Shown: positions 7,842 through 18,170, counted from the first letter of the stretch. The stretch: DNA of 64,000 bases from Oceanispirochaeta sp. (GCA_963666275.2 CAXXOA010000002.1:480001-544000), one strand, 5' to 3'. Translations and numbers: made by a program. Notes: a model not told the origin generated them from the letters alone.

Positions 7842-9241
7842 CAAATTTCTCCTTCAATAAGAGACATGATTTTCTGAAGGGGTTTATCGTATTCCAGGTC
7901 AAAAACAGGGGGATCATCAAGACGTCTGTTGGCTTCATTTCTTATCATAATCCTCAGGAACTGCTCACTGATCTCAATACCCTCATCTCGAAGAGAAGCG
8001 ATAAAGGCAGTAATATCCTGTTGTGAGGGGTTATTTTTCTCGTTTATGAAACTTCCTATCCTGTTTGACTCTATGAGTGTTTTGTAATCTTCAATATCGC
8101 TGTCTGATAGTTCATCGTCTTTGACAAAAATATCAGGATCAATCCCTGTTTTGTCAATGTTCACACCGCTGGGGGTATAATATCTGGCCATAGTGAGTTT
8201 AATGGCACTGTTACCAAGCATGAGCATCTGCTGAACTGAACCCTTGCCGTAGGTTGTATCTCCCACAACAACAGCTCTTCCCCGGTCTTTCATCACTCCT
8301 GTAAGAATTTCAGAAGCCGAAGCAGATCCATTGTCTATAATCAGATAAATATCTGTTGTATCCGGTATTATTTTTCCGGATTCAGCCCTGTAAACTTCAT
8401 TTTCTCCGGGAATTCTTGAACGGGTACTGACAATGGTTCCATTATCAAAAAACTGATCGGCGATTTCCACGACAGAGTTGAGAAGGCCACCCGGATTGTT
8501 TCTGACATCGATAATCAGAGAACTTACATCATTCCTTTCAAAATCATTAAGAGCTTCCTCCACCCTTAAAGCGGTATAGGGAGTAAACTGAATTATTCTC
8601 AGATAACCGGTCTGATCATCGATGTAGTCCCATTTTACTGTGGGAATTTCAATATTGTCTCTTGTGAGATCAACATTGAAGGTGATATCGCTGCCCCTGA
8701 GAATTGTAACTTCCACATCTGTGCCGGCAGTTCCTCTCAGAAGATTTGAAACTTCATCAGTTGTAAAATCTTTTGCTGATTCTCCATTGATCTTATAGAT
8801 ATAATCTCCCGCATGAATTCCCGCTCTGTATGCGGGTGTGCCTTCGATGGGAGCTACCACTTTTACATAGGGACGTCTGCCATTCGGATTTTCTTCATCG
8901 AAAAAATCCTTGGAGATATAGAGTCCAACTCCTCCGAACTGTCCCGAAGTGGTATCGGTCAGAGACTGGAGCTCACTCTCTTCAAGATAGGTGGAGTAGG
9001 GATCATCGAGGCTGTCAAAAAGGCCACGCATCGCCCCTTCGAAAAGCGTCTGAGGCGGAATTTCATCCACATAATTTCTTAATATCAGATAATAGGCTGT
9101 TTCAAACATCCTGAGATAATTCTCTGTAGACGCTCCCGAGGACTGAGCCGAAACGGAAGGAGCAAGTAAAATTACACCCAGCGAAAGAAGAAGGGAGAAT
9201 GTTAAGGATATCCATAATACCCTTTCAGTTTTTCTTTTCAT
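7841..9241 (-). CDS. ctpA: Carboxyl-terminal processing protease (S41, PDZ)
   Basis: LDDPYS, GGVG, PDZ, DVRNNPGGLL, SASASEI, TYGKGSVQ. Confidence 0.93.
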   Translation of the reverse strand: MKRKTERVLWISLTFSLLLSLGVILLAPSVSAQSSGASTENYLRMFETAYYLILRNYVDEIPPQTLFEGAMRGLFDSLDDPYSTYLEESELQSLTDTTSGQFGGVGLYISKDFFDEENPNGRRPYVKVVAPIEGTPAYRAGIHAGDYIYKINGESAKDFTTDEVSNLLRGTAGTDVEVTILRGSDITFNVDLTRDNIEIPTVKWDYIDDQTGYLRIIQFTPYTALRVEEALNDFERNDVSSLIIDVRNNPGGLLNSVVEIADQFFDNGTIVSTRSRIPGENEVYRAESGKIIPDTTDIYLIIDNGSASASEILTGVMKDRGRAVVVGDTTYGKGSVQQMLMLGNSAIKLTMARYYTPSGVNIDKTGIDPDIFVKDDELSDSDIEDYKTLIESNRIGSFINEKNNPSQQDITAFIASLRDEGIEISEQFLRIMIRNEANRRLDDPPVFDLEYDKPLQKIMSLIEGEI

Positions 9242-9265
9242 ACGTTCAATATCCTTTGAAAGGTA

Positions 9266-9331
9266 ATTGTATGGTCAGACTTTTCTTTGTCAACACCTTT
9301 ACTTGACCAGCAATTCAATCAGTTTTAAACT
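9266..9331. promoter_or_regulatory. Divergent sigma70 promoters (ctpA and flhG-like operons)
   Basis: Minus: TTGACA(9293-9288)-16-TACAAT(9271-9266). Plus: TTGACC(9303-9308)-17-TAAACT. Confidence 0.55.
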
Positions 9332-9447
9332 GAAGATCATATTTATATAGTAATAGAATGCCCTATAATTAACAAAAAAACAGGTCTTGAATAAAACTTT
9401 TTACAGACCTTCAGGTATTAGTATTATTGTTAGCAGGAGTGATGTTC

Positions 9448-10590
9448 ATGCAGGTTATTGCTGTGGCCAGTGGAAAAGGTGGAGTTGGTAAATCTCTTCT
9501 TGCTGCAAATATGGCTATCGGTCTCGCCAAAAATAACAAGAAAGTCATATTGGCTGATCTTGATCTCGGAGGATCCAATCTGCACCTGATTATAGGTCAG
9601 AAGCCCACTGTTAACGGTCTGGGATCCTTTATTAATAATCCAAAGCAGAAAATTGAAAATATTATTCAGCCGACGGAATTTGAAAATCTGATGTTTATTT
9701 CCGGAGAGGGTGAAATCCCCGGTGCCGCCAATATTCCGGCAGGGCAGAAGAAAAAACTGATAAATAATCTTCTAAAACAGGATGCGGATTATCTCATTCT
9801 GGATCTGGGAGCCGGTACTTCCAATATTACACTGGATTTTTTCCTGGTTGCCGGATGCGGAACGATTGTGACCACTCCGACTCTTACAGCCACTCTGAAT
9901 GCCTATCTTTTCGTTAAAAGTGTTCTTTTTCGGCTGATCTATACCTCCTTTGACCGAAAATCTCCCGCTATTGCCTATCTGGAACAGCTGAGAAAAGATG
10001 GAATCTCACTTCAGAAGGTATACCTTTCAAGTCTGGAGGATAAACTGAGGGAGCTGGATCCGGAAGGAGCGGATGTTTTTCTGGAAAGGAAAAAACACTT
10101 TCAGCCCAAGCTGGTCATGAATATGCTGGAAAATCCTGAGGATATGCAGAAATCTGACAGGTTGATCCAGTCTGTCAGAGATTATCTGGAAATTAATATG
10201 GAATTCCTGGGAGTCATGTACAGAGATGAACTTCAGAAGACAGCCTTGAACTCAAGACTCCCTCTGATCGTCTACAAACCCAGATCTGTTCTTTCCCAGG
10301 GGATTTACCGCATTTGTGATAAAATTCTCGAAATGCATCTGGAAGAGTCTGTTGATATCTCCCGGCTGGAGGCGGAATACTCCTATCAGGCAGCTGAGAT
10401 GGAGGCAGAAACAGATTTCAATGATAGGATACAGTCAATGGAAGAGTTACTGCACAGCGGGGTATTAACCCAGGGAGATCTGATTGAAACGATCAGGATG
10501 CAGCAGTATGAAATACAGAAATTAAAAAAAGAAAACCGGTTTATTAAATCAAAACTGGTAAAAGCAGCGGAAGCAGGTTTTCAAGTTTAA
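9448..10590 (+). CDS. MinD/FlhG-like P-loop ATPase with C-terminal coiled-coil extension
   Basis: ASGKGGVGKS, DLDLGGSNL, LDLGAG; SD AGGAG supports ATG 9448. Confidence 0.88.
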   Translation: MQVIAVASGKGGVGKSLLAANMAIGLAKNNKKVILADLDLGGSNLHLIIGQKPTVNGLGSFINNPKQKIENIIQPTEFENLMFISGEGEIPGAANIPAGQKKKLINNLLKQDADYLILDLGAGTSNITLDFFLVAGCGTIVTTPTLTATLNAYLFVKSVLFRLIYTSFDRKSPAIAYLEQLRKDGISLQKVYLSSLEDKLRELDPEGADVFLERKKHFQPKLVMNMLENPEDMQKSDRLIQSVRDYLEINMEFLGVMYRDELQKTALNSRLPLIVYKPRSVLSQGIYRICDKILEMHLEESVDISRLEAEYSYQAAEMEAETDFNDRIQSMEELLHSGVLTQGDLIETIRMQQYEIQKLKKENRFIKSKLVKAAEAGFQV

Positions 10591-10599
10591 AAAACAGTT

Positions 10600-13464
10600 A
10601 TGAGTCAGGATTTCAAAGGGAATATAAGCATAGAAATTGATGAGAGAGCTCTCTCTGTCAGATTACGTTTCAAACCGGATGATAAAGGGGAGAAGCATAA
10701 TCTTGATTCCGTCCGGAAACTCCTTCAGGAGAATAAAATCCATTATGGAATTTCTGACATAGCTCTGAAGGATGCGGTGGAAAGCTTTTCCGACGCCATG
10801 GAGGAGGAAGTTTCCGATCCTGTCGCCGAGGGGGATGAGCCCAATTCCGGCGAGGGTGAGGTCTATGATTTTTCACCTCTGTCCTATCCTCCCCGGCTTA
10901 AACCGGTGGCAGATAAAATTCTCTCACTGAATAAATCTCCCCAGGTCTTTGATATTATCAAAACTACAGTCAAAAAGGACAGAAGAGTCAAAGACAGGGG
11001 ACTTTTCAAGGGTGGAAAAGAGAAGATCATCACAGTTGAAGAGACTGTGGAAAAAAAAGTTCCTATACAGGTTTCCTCAGAAGTAAAGAATATCGGCTAT
11101 TTCAGAAAAGATGATCTGATCTGTACTCTCCGTTCCTCCAGCGGAGATTATACAAAGGGGAAGGATGTTTACGGCAATGTGATTGAGCCGCTTCCGTTGG
11201 CCACAGGAAAATTTCATCCCGGAAGTTTTGTACGAAAAGTTAAAAGTGAATATTTTGCGGATGCAGACGGTTTTGTCAGAGTAGGTGAAAACTGGCTCGA
11301 TCTTTTTCCCTTCGCTGTACACATGTGGGATGTCCGCATCAGCGATGATAAAGCGGACTGTCTCCTGACGATTGATCCGGGACACAAAGTCTCGCCCCAG
11401 CCTAAACTGAATGAAATTAAATCAAAAATACAGACCCTGGGATTTTCTCTGGATCAGTTGATCCATGACAGCCAGATTCTCAGATATATTAAAGAAGGAT
11501 GTACAGGGGACTCTCCCAGGACTTTCAGCCTGACAAACGATGAAGACGGGGAATTCAATATTGAAATAAATTCTCTGGCCACGGAAGCCTATCTGGAATT
11601 GAGAAAAGGGACCGGAAAGGGCAGCAAACTTGATCTTAAAAAGATATGGAGTAAAATCCTTTCACTGAATATTAAAAAATTTGAAGAGGATAGAGTTAAA
11701 CTGGCAATCCTTAGTTTTAACAGTTCCAACGAAATAGAAACATCCATTCTCCTGGCCAAAGGAGAGATTCCCGAAAGAGGGAATGACAGGGAAGTGATCG
11801 TTGATACAGAATATCTGCCTGAAAATGAAAAAAATGCCATTCTGGAAAGAATGGAGCATATGAAGAAAGTACCGGAATCCTTTCAGGAATTTCCGGTTGA
11901 TAAGATAGAAAAGATGGCTCTTGTGAAAAAAGGAGCTCAGATTTTTCACCTGGGAAAGATAAATGAAGGAAAAAAAGGCATGGATGTATTCGGGAATTCA
12001 ATTCCCGGTATAGACGGCAATGATCCGGTTATCCGTCATTTTGAAAATATAATAATCCAGGAAGGAAAAGCCCTCGCCGGAATTGACGGAATTCTTGATT
12101 ATTCCAGCAAAGACTCGGTGCATTCTATCAGAATCCGAAAGCATAAGGATGCCCAGGTTCTCGTAACAGTTTCAGAAAACTATATGAAAGCTTCAATATC
12201 TGTTATTCCCCCGGAAGGAAGCGGCGGGCTTCCCTCAAAAGAAACTCTGGTACGGGCTCTGGAGGAGAAAGGCGTTGTAAAAGGAATTTCCGACGACACT
12301 CTCAATTCGATTCTGGAGATGACGGGAAGGGAGGAACTGGTTACGGATGTTACTGTGGCTCAGAGTCTTATTCCCTATAAAGGTTCCAAAGCCATAAAAT
12401 TTATCATTGATGTAGATCCTGATAAAAAGAATACCCTCCCCGTTGAAGTCGGGGATACTATTGCTGAGGTGTATTCTTCTGCCGATGATGATTCTGTTGG
12501 TGTTAATATCCTGGGAGACAGAATATTTGAAGAAAAAGAGGAATTGCACTGCGATGCCAATATCAAGGAAGAAAACCGGGAAAATGGAGTTTTTCTTGTC
12601 GCCATTGAGAAGGGACTGCTGGCAATCGAAGACAATACGCTTCAGATAAGGAATAAACAGGTCATAAAAGGGGATCTGACACGAAATATCGGTAATATCC
12701 AGTTTCCGGGAACAGTGGAGATCATTGGCTCCGTTCTTTCTGGCGTCTACGTCAATGCGGGGAATGATTTAAAAGTCCGTGATGTCGTGGAAGCCTCTCT
12801 TTTAAGTTCCAACGGATCAATCCTCATCGGCAAGGGGATCAAAGGAGACAGAAAAGCGGTTGTCCGTTCAAACAAGAATATCAATCTCGGTTTTGCTGAA
12901 AATGCCAATCTAATGTCTGTCGGGAATATCTCCTATAAAAAAGCTTTCATGAACTGTCAGATAAAATGCAATGGGAAAATTCTATCCCAGGGAAAAGAGA
13001 CTAGAATCATAGGGGGAGCCATAAAAGTTAAAAACGGGCTTTCTGCCGGATCGATCGGGTCAGAACGGGGCGTTCCCACTATGATTTCCTTCGGGCAGGA
13101 CTATCTTGTGGAAGATCAGATTAATGTAATGACCAAGGAAATTGAACAGATAAACAGTCAGCTGAAATCTCTGGAAGAAATGATGAGTCTTGCAGAGGAG
13201 AAAAAGCAGAAAAATAAGCTGCTTGCCATGAGAAAAAAGAAAATTCAGCTTCTGAAGGTTCAGGAAAAAATCGTAGTTAAGAATTTTCTTATGAAAGATA
13301 AATTTGAAGTGCATTTTAATTCGGAAATCCGTGTAACCGGAACTATATTTGCCGGAACAGTATTTGAAAGTCATAATAGAAAGATGGAGGTTAAAGAGAA
13401 TTTAACTTCTGCAGTGATTTCCTTTGATAGTGAAACCGGAAAAATCATCACGAAAAAAATATAA
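10600..13464 (+). CDS. FapA / DUF342 family protein (repeated N-terminal modules)
   Basis: Repeated GKDV.GN modules, GNIQFPG.VEI.GSV beta-helix region, coiled coil, IFAGT C-terminus. Confidence 0.85.
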   Translation: MSQDFKGNISIEIDERALSVRLRFKPDDKGEKHNLDSVRKLLQENKIHYGISDIALKDAVESFSDAMEEEVSDPVAEGDEPNSGEGEVYDFSPLSYPPRLKPVADKILSLNKSPQVFDIIKTTVKKDRRVKDRGLFKGGKEKIITVEETVEKKVPIQVSSEVKNIGYFRKDDLICTLRSSSGDYTKGKDVYGNVIEPLPLATGKFHPGSFVRKVKSEYFADADGFVRVGENWLDLFPFAVHMWDVRISDDKADCLLTIDPGHKVSPQPKLNEIKSKIQTLGFSLDQLIHDSQILRYIKEGCTGDSPRTFSLTNDEDGEFNIEINSLATEAYLELRKGTGKGSKLDLKKIWSKILSLNIKKFEEDRVKLAILSFNSSNEIETSILLAKGEIPERGNDREVIVDTEYLPENEKNAILERMEHMKKVPESFQEFPVDKIEKMALVKKGAQIFHLGKINEGKKGMDVFGNSIPGIDGNDPVIRHFENIIIQEGKALAGIDGILDYSSKDSVHSIRIRKHKDAQVLVTVSENYMKASISVIPPEGSGGLPSKETLVRALEEKGVVKGISDDTLNSILEMTGREELVTDVTVAQSLIPYKGSKAIKFIIDVDPDKKNTLPVEVGDTIAEVYSSADDDSVGVNILGDRIFEEKEELHCDANIKEENRENGVFLVAIEKGLLAIEDNTLQIRNKQVIKGDLTRNIGNIQFPGTVEIIGSVLSGVYVNAGNDLKVRDVVEASLLSSNGSILIGKGIKGDRKAVVRSNKNINLGFAENANLMSVGNISYKKAFMNCQIKCNGKILSQGKETRIIGGAIKVKNGLSAGSIGSERGVPTMISFGQDYLVEDQINVMTKEIEQINSQLKSLEEMMSLAEEKKQKNKLLAMRKKKIQLLKVQEKIVVKNFLMKDKFEVHFNSEIRVTGTIFAGTVFESHNRKMEVKENLTSAVISFDSETGKIITKKI

Positions 13465-13476
13465 AGAGAGGCTTTA

Positions 13477-14421
13477 ATGCTTTATTTTCAATTTCCCGCC
13501 TGGCTCACACCTGAAATTATTCCGGGGCTGCCGGTCCGGTGGTACGGCCTTATGTACCTTTTTGCGTTTGCAACAGCCTATCTCCTCTTTCGCTGGCAGG
13601 TAAAAAAAGAGGAACTGGACTATTCTGATGATGATATTTCCAATCTTTTTTTCTGGCTGATCCTGGGGCTGATCCTGGGAGCCCGTATCCTTTCGACACT
13701 GGTCTATGATACAAGCGGAATCTACTGGAGAAAACCCTGGCTTATATTCTGGCCCTTTTCCAATGGCCGTTTTGTGGGTCTTCAGGGTATGTCCTATCAC
13801 GGAGGGCTGTTAGGAGCCATTATCGCGGGGATTCTGGTCTGCCGGAAATACGGTTGGAATATCTTCCGTATTGCCGATAGACTGACCGCAGGAATTCCCC
13901 TGGGCTATACCTTCGGAAGGCTGGGGAATTTTATAAACGGAGAACTTTACGGCAGGGTGACAAGCTCTCCTCTGGGTATTGTGTTTCCCTATGCGGAACG
14001 ATTTCCCTCCAGGCTGGAATGGGTGCAGAAGATGGCGGGAGAAATCGGAATGGATATTTCCGGACTGGCCGCTGTTAATCTTCCGCGCCATCCCTCACAG
14101 CTCTATGAGGCTTTTTCGGAAGGAATTCTTCTCTGGTTAATCCTGTGGTTTATCGTAAGAAGGGTGAAGCGTTTTGAAGGAGCGGTTTCCGGTATGTATC
14201 TCATAGGATACGGAATTTTCCGTTTTATTGTGGAGTATTTCAGGGAACCTGATGAAGGACTGGATTTTCCCCTTCAGTGGGGGGGCGATTCTCCCAATTA
14301 TCTGATGTCTTCTCTTTTTAATTTTACCACAGGACAGATATTCTGTTTTATTATGATCCTGACGGGTCTTCTGATTCTACTTGTCGCCAGGCAGTACAGC
14401 CGGAAAGGAAAAAATGTCTGA
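13477..14421 (+). CDS. lgt: Prolipoprotein diacylglyceryl transferase
   Basis: RWYGLMY, GMSYHGG, GRLGNFINGELYGR, HPSQLYE, EYFREPD. Confidence 0.97.
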   Translation: MLYFQFPAWLTPEIIPGLPVRWYGLMYLFAFATAYLLFRWQVKKEELDYSDDDISNLFFWLILGLILGARILSTLVYDTSGIYWRKPWLIFWPFSNGRFVGLQGMSYHGGLLGAIIAGILVCRKYGWNIFRIADRLTAGIPLGYTFGRLGNFINGELYGRVTSSPLGIVFPYAERFPSRLEWVQKMAGEIGMDISGLAAVNLPRHPSQLYEAFSEGILLWLILWFIVRRVKRFEGAVSGMYLIGYGIFRFIVEYFREPDEGLDFPLQWGGDSPNYLMSSLFNFTTGQIFCFIMILTGLLILLVARQYSRKGKNV

Positions 14422-15580
14422 TTTCATAAAGGCTCTCTTTATTCTGATCTTTCTTTCTGTCTCGACACTTGTTTCTGCCTATCAGGTAAGATTCACACCC
14501 ACAGCGGGTTCGGTTGATATTCCTGTGGGCTGGAGTCTTCTTGACAGTTCCGATCCGGGGAGGATCTCTTTTTCCAATCCCGATTCATCGATCATATTCC
14601 AGGTTAGCGCCTATCCGGGGGATCTTTACCGGAATGACAGGGAAATGATGGAAAGCCATCTGCAGGAACTGGATATTTTGGAGTCGGATTTTTCCCGTTT
14701 TCTCTATCAGGACCGTTCTGTCAGTCTGGCTGAGTGTGCTTTCAACTCTTCCGGTTCTGTCATTCACGGGTGGTTCCTTTTTATTGACCGGGACGATTTT
14801 GACTACTACCTGACAGTGATTACTCCCGACAGTTTCTATCAGGAGTCTTTCCCCTGGATGATCTCCTGTCTTGACAGTTTTTCTCCCGATCAGGACGGGC
14901 GGGAGAATCCGGGCCCTGTGAGTACCATGTTTTCCGCCGGCGAGGATTCAGTGGAAACATTATCTGTGGATATCTCCGGAAAGAGGATCCCCTTCTCTTT
15001 CCACACTCTGAATAATCAGGCCGTGCAGCTGCTGATTGAGCGGGAGGCTGCCATTCTGAGTACCTATACGGATCCGGGGGAGTTCGCTGAAGCATGGAAA
15101 AGACACTATCAGCTCATATACAGAGCCTCTCAGTCGGATCTGGAACCTCTCTCCCTGAGTCTTCAGAATCTTCTGAAAGCGCAGAATCCGGTAGAGAAAT
15201 CTGAAACCCTTCTCTCCTGGCTGCAGGATTTCACTTATGGGAGCAGTGACAGCTTTTCAGATCTTCTCTCTCCCCTGAGTGTTCTCCAGTCCCGTACGGG
15301 AGACTGTGATGCCCTGGCTCTCCTTTATAATATTCTGCTTCAGGACATGGACATCCCCGCACTCCTTATGGTTTCCTATGTTTACAGCCACTCCATGGGA
15401 GCTGTGGCAGTGGAAAAGGACGGCGCCGGTTTTGAATATGACGGATCAAAATACATAGTGGCGGAGATGACAAAAAAAGTTGACCTGGGTCTGATAAGCC
15501 AGGATATGGCTGCCATTGAAAACTGGGTGATAATTTCTCCCTCGGAGCCTGAATACCATAGTATTTCGATCATACAATAG
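14414..15580 (+). CDS. Exported transglutaminase-like domain protein
   Basis: Signal peptide; GDCDALALL...HSMGAV...YIVAE; ATG overlaps the end of lgt. Confidence 0.75.
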   Translation: MSDFIKALFILIFLSVSTLVSAYQVRFTPTAGSVDIPVGWSLLDSSDPGRISFSNPDSSIIFQVSAYPGDLYRNDREMMESHLQELDILESDFSRFLYQDRSVSLAECAFNSSGSVIHGWFLFIDRDDFDYYLTVITPDSFYQESFPWMISCLDSFSPDQDGRENPGPVSTMFSAGEDSVETLSVDISGKRIPFSFHTLNNQAVQLLIEREAAILSTYTDPGEFAEAWKRHYQLIYRASQSDLEPLSLSLQNLLKAQNPVEKSETLLSWLQDFTYGSSDSFSDLLSPLSVLQSRTGDCDALALLYNILLQDMDIPALLMVSYVYSHSMGAVAVEKDGAGFEYDGSKYIVAEMTKKVDLGLISQDMAAIENWVIISPSEPEYHSISIIQ

Positions 15581-15620
15581 TTATTTATGAATACATTGTG
15601 TCTAAAAAATCATACACACG

Positions 15621-15648
15621 GGAAAATTCGGCAAATGGAGAATTTTCC
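15621..15648. promoter_or_regulatory. Inverted repeat, candidate enhancer (UAS)
   Basis: GGAAAATTC-N10-GAATTTTCC, perfect 9-bp arms, 60-90 nt upstream of a sigma54-like promoter. Confidence 0.45.
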
Positions 15649-15709
15649 GGAGTTGATTAAATAGCTGTATGAAAAGGGATTAGTTAAATATTCTTTAAAA
15701 TTTTAAACC

Positions 15710-15725
15710 TGGTATGGTAATTGCA
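15710..15725 (+). promoter_or_regulatory. Sigma54 (-24/-12) promoter
   Basis: TGGTATGGTAATTGCA versus consensus TGGCACG-N4-TTGCW, with exact GG/GC spacing. Confidence 0.65.
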
Positions 15726-15771
15726 TTAATTGTTAGCAGTATATTAAAATTCTGTATTCAGGTGTTTAATT

Positions 15772-16380
15772 ATGGTTATTACCAGTGTCAATTCAAAGAG
15801 TTACCTTTTTCATAGTATTCAGAAAGAACTTGTAAGAAAGGCTATTCATCTCATGATTGCCTTTGTTCCGACTCTGGCGTCATGGAATCACATGCTGACT
15901 GTTTCACTTCTGATCTGCGGTATCCTGAGTTACACCTATTCCGAATACCTCCGCAGCAGGGGAAAATATGTATTCCTGATATCTGATCTGACATCCTTTG
16001 CCTCAAGGGACAGAGATAAGGGACATTTTGTCCTTGGTCCGATTACACTGGGAATGGGAGCCCTTCTGGCTCTACTCCTCTATCCCCATCCTTCTGCTTC
16101 TATTGCTATATACGCTCTGGCTTTCGGAGACGGCCTTTCCAGTCTGGCTGGAAAGATTTTCGGTGACAGGAAAATTCCTTTTACAGGTGGAAAAACTTTT
16201 GCCGGTTCCTTTACCTGTTTTGCCGCAGTATTCCTTATGACTCTTCATCTTACCGGGGATTTTACAAAAGCTTTTTTCATTGCCCTTGTAGCGACTTTGC
16301 TGGAAGCCATTCCTTCAAGAGATCTCGATAATATTATTATTCCTGTAGGAACCGGTTATTTCGCTACTCTTTTAGGCTGA
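15772..16380 (+). CDS. Dolichol/phytol kinase-like membrane protein (CTP-dependent kinase / cytidylyltransferase family)
   Basis: ELVRKAIH, LAFGDGLSSLAG, KTFAGS, DLDNIIIP. Confidence 0.85.
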   Translation: MVITSVNSKSYLFHSIQKELVRKAIHLMIAFVPTLASWNHMLTVSLLICGILSYTYSEYLRSRGKYVFLISDLTSFASRDRDKGHFVLGPITLGMGALLALLLYPHPSASIAIYALAFGDGLSSLAGKIFGDRKIPFTGGKTFAGSFTCFAAVFLMTLHLTGDFTKAFFIALVATLLEAIPSRDLDNIIIPVGTGYFATLLG

Positions 16381-16381
16381 T

Positions 16382-17206
16382 TTAAGACCAGAGGAAGAGT
16401 TTCTGACTTGTCCTCAGATAAAAAAATGTTCCAAGAACGAGAAGTATCATCCCCGGTACATAGAGGGGAAAGTAGATAAAAAATACCATTTCAAAACCTG
16501 TCAGCATAAGAACAGCAAAAAACATGATCCTGTAGAGTTCGTTTCGGGAATGTTTTACAGCTGTGGAAAAGTAGTTCAGTACAGTTAGTATTTCCAGTGT
16601 CAGACAGAAAAAAGCCAGGCTTTTCTCCTCCCCGACCCTGTAGATCAGGGCAGATGTGAGTATGGTTGTGTTAAAAGGGAGAATGATGGAAATGGTAAAG
16701 GATACCAGAGTATTTATCAGGAGTATCATCCCGAATTTCTGAATCTGAATTCCTGTCACGAAAAGAGATGCCGCAAAGAAGGAAGACAGTCCGAAAAGCC
16801 TGCCGAAATAGGTAATTCTTGTAATTATTTCCTTATCCAGCTGATGAAAGGGGAGTGACCCCTCCGGAATAAGAGGAAAAATCCTCATGAGTGAGAGAGA
16901 GAAGGAAAAGATAAACAGGTACAGGAATGCCAGCTGGGCAGAGGGATTTTTCCGGATCTGTCGATAAACAAAAATTCCGAATACAAGAGAGTAGGTTCCC
17001 AAACCCATCAGGGATACCCAGGCCTTCAGTGTCTCTCCTGAGCGCTGAATTCTATAGAGCATCCACCAGAGCTGATGATTGGATATGGTAAAGCTTTTAG
17101 CTGAGGTCGGCTGGTATCTGAAATAGTAGAAAACGCCCAATAACACAAAGGCGATGGAGATGGATAAAAAAAGGCGAACCAGGTATTTTCTAAAAAGGAG
17201 TATCAT
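16382..17206 (-). CDS. Hypothetical polytopic membrane protein
   Basis: About 7-8 hydrophobic segments; ATG 17206 preferred over TTG 17233. Confidence 0.7.
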   Translation of the reverse strand: MILLFRKYLVRLFLSISIAFVLLGVFYYFRYQPTSAKSFTISNHQLWWMLYRIQRSGETLKAWVSLMGLGTYSLVFGIFVYRQIRKNPSAQLAFLYLFIFSFSLSLMRIFPLIPEGSLPFHQLDKEIITRITYFGRLFGLSSFFAASLFVTGIQIQKFGMILLINTLVSFTISIILPFNTTILTSALIYRVGEEKSLAFFCLTLEILTVLNYFSTAVKHSRNELYRIMFFAVLMLTGFEMVFFIYFPLYVPGMILLVLGTFFYLRTSQKLFLWS

Positions 17207-17302
17207 AGCTCTATTAAAAACCAAATCGGGCAAAACGTCAAAATATCAAAAAATAATTACAGTATATTTCCAGTTGTTCGATAATGTAATAGAGGTAAAA
17301 CG

Positions 17303-17995
17303 ATGAAAAAAAGACTCACAATTATGATATTCCTCTCTTTTTTAGTGACAGCTGCTCTTTGTGCTGGAGATAAAGCGGAGTTCGTAAATTTAGGTTTTTC
17401 ACCGGACGGTCGATATTTCCTTTTCGGACAGTATGGGTATATGAGCGAACAGTCCCTCAGCTATGCAGACCTTTTTCTGGTGGATGTTCAGAAAAATATT
17501 TTTGTATCCGGCGGCGTTCTGAAAGGGGAATACACAAACTCCCTGGAACCGGGGCAGTCCGCAGACGGGGCTCTCTATAAACTGCTTGAATCTGCTCTGA
17601 CGCTGAAAAACAGATACGGAATTGATTTTCTAGAAAAAGGACGGCCCCTCTATATCCGTATAGATGAATCGGAAGAATCGCTGGATACACTGGATTTCAG
17701 GGATTTTGAAACTTCCAGCCATTACGGTATGACTCTGAATAAAAATATAGTCACCGACGGAGAAGGAATCCCGGAAAAATCCTCTTTCTATATAGATCTG
17801 GATTACACGGGGAATTCCGGAAATACCGTATCCTTTAAAATAGGTCATCCCGATTATATGAGGAAAGGTATTGGGGATTACAGAATCGAAAGAGTTCTGA
17901 CAGATCCTCTGGGAGACTCCATTGTGATTATCCTGGCCAAAACCGACAGGGATCTTAATGTCCGCTATATGGTGGAGACCCTTAAAATCCGCTGA
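17303..17995 (+). CDS. DUF2259-like exported protein
   Basis: Signal peptide then AGD.A.F.NLGFSPDGRYFLFGQYG; SD GAGG. Confidence 0.75.
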   Translation: MKKRLTIMIFLSFLVTAALCAGDKAEFVNLGFSPDGRYFLFGQYGYMSEQSLSYADLFLVDVQKNIFVSGGVLKGEYTNSLEPGQSADGALYKLLESALTLKNRYGIDFLEKGRPLYIRIDESEESLDTLDFRDFETSSHYGMTLNKNIVTDGEGIPEKSSFYIDLDYTGNSGNTVSFKIGHPDYMRKGIGDYRIERVLTDPLGDSIVIILAKTDRDLNVRYMVETLKIR

Positions 17996-18019
17996 CCGAT
18001 CCGTAAAAAACAATCGATG

Positions 18020-18049
18020 ACCATCCTCACACTGGAGGATGGTTTTTTT
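18020..18049 (+). terminator. Intrinsic terminator
   Basis: ACCATCCTC-ACACTG-GAGGATGGT followed by a T-run. Confidence 0.8.
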
Positions 18050-18084
18050 CTGTCCGAATTCAACGTGTTTTTAGCCTTCATATC

Positions 18085-18112
18085 TTGAGTTAATACCTAT
18101 ATTGGATATAAT
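18085..18112 (+). promoter_or_regulatory. sigma70 promoter of proS
   Basis: TTGAGT-16-TATAAT. Confidence 0.5.
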
Positions 18113-18170
18113 TATCCTTCCGAGACAGAAAATTGCCTCAAATTCCAAGAACAATTAATCAGGAGAGCTT

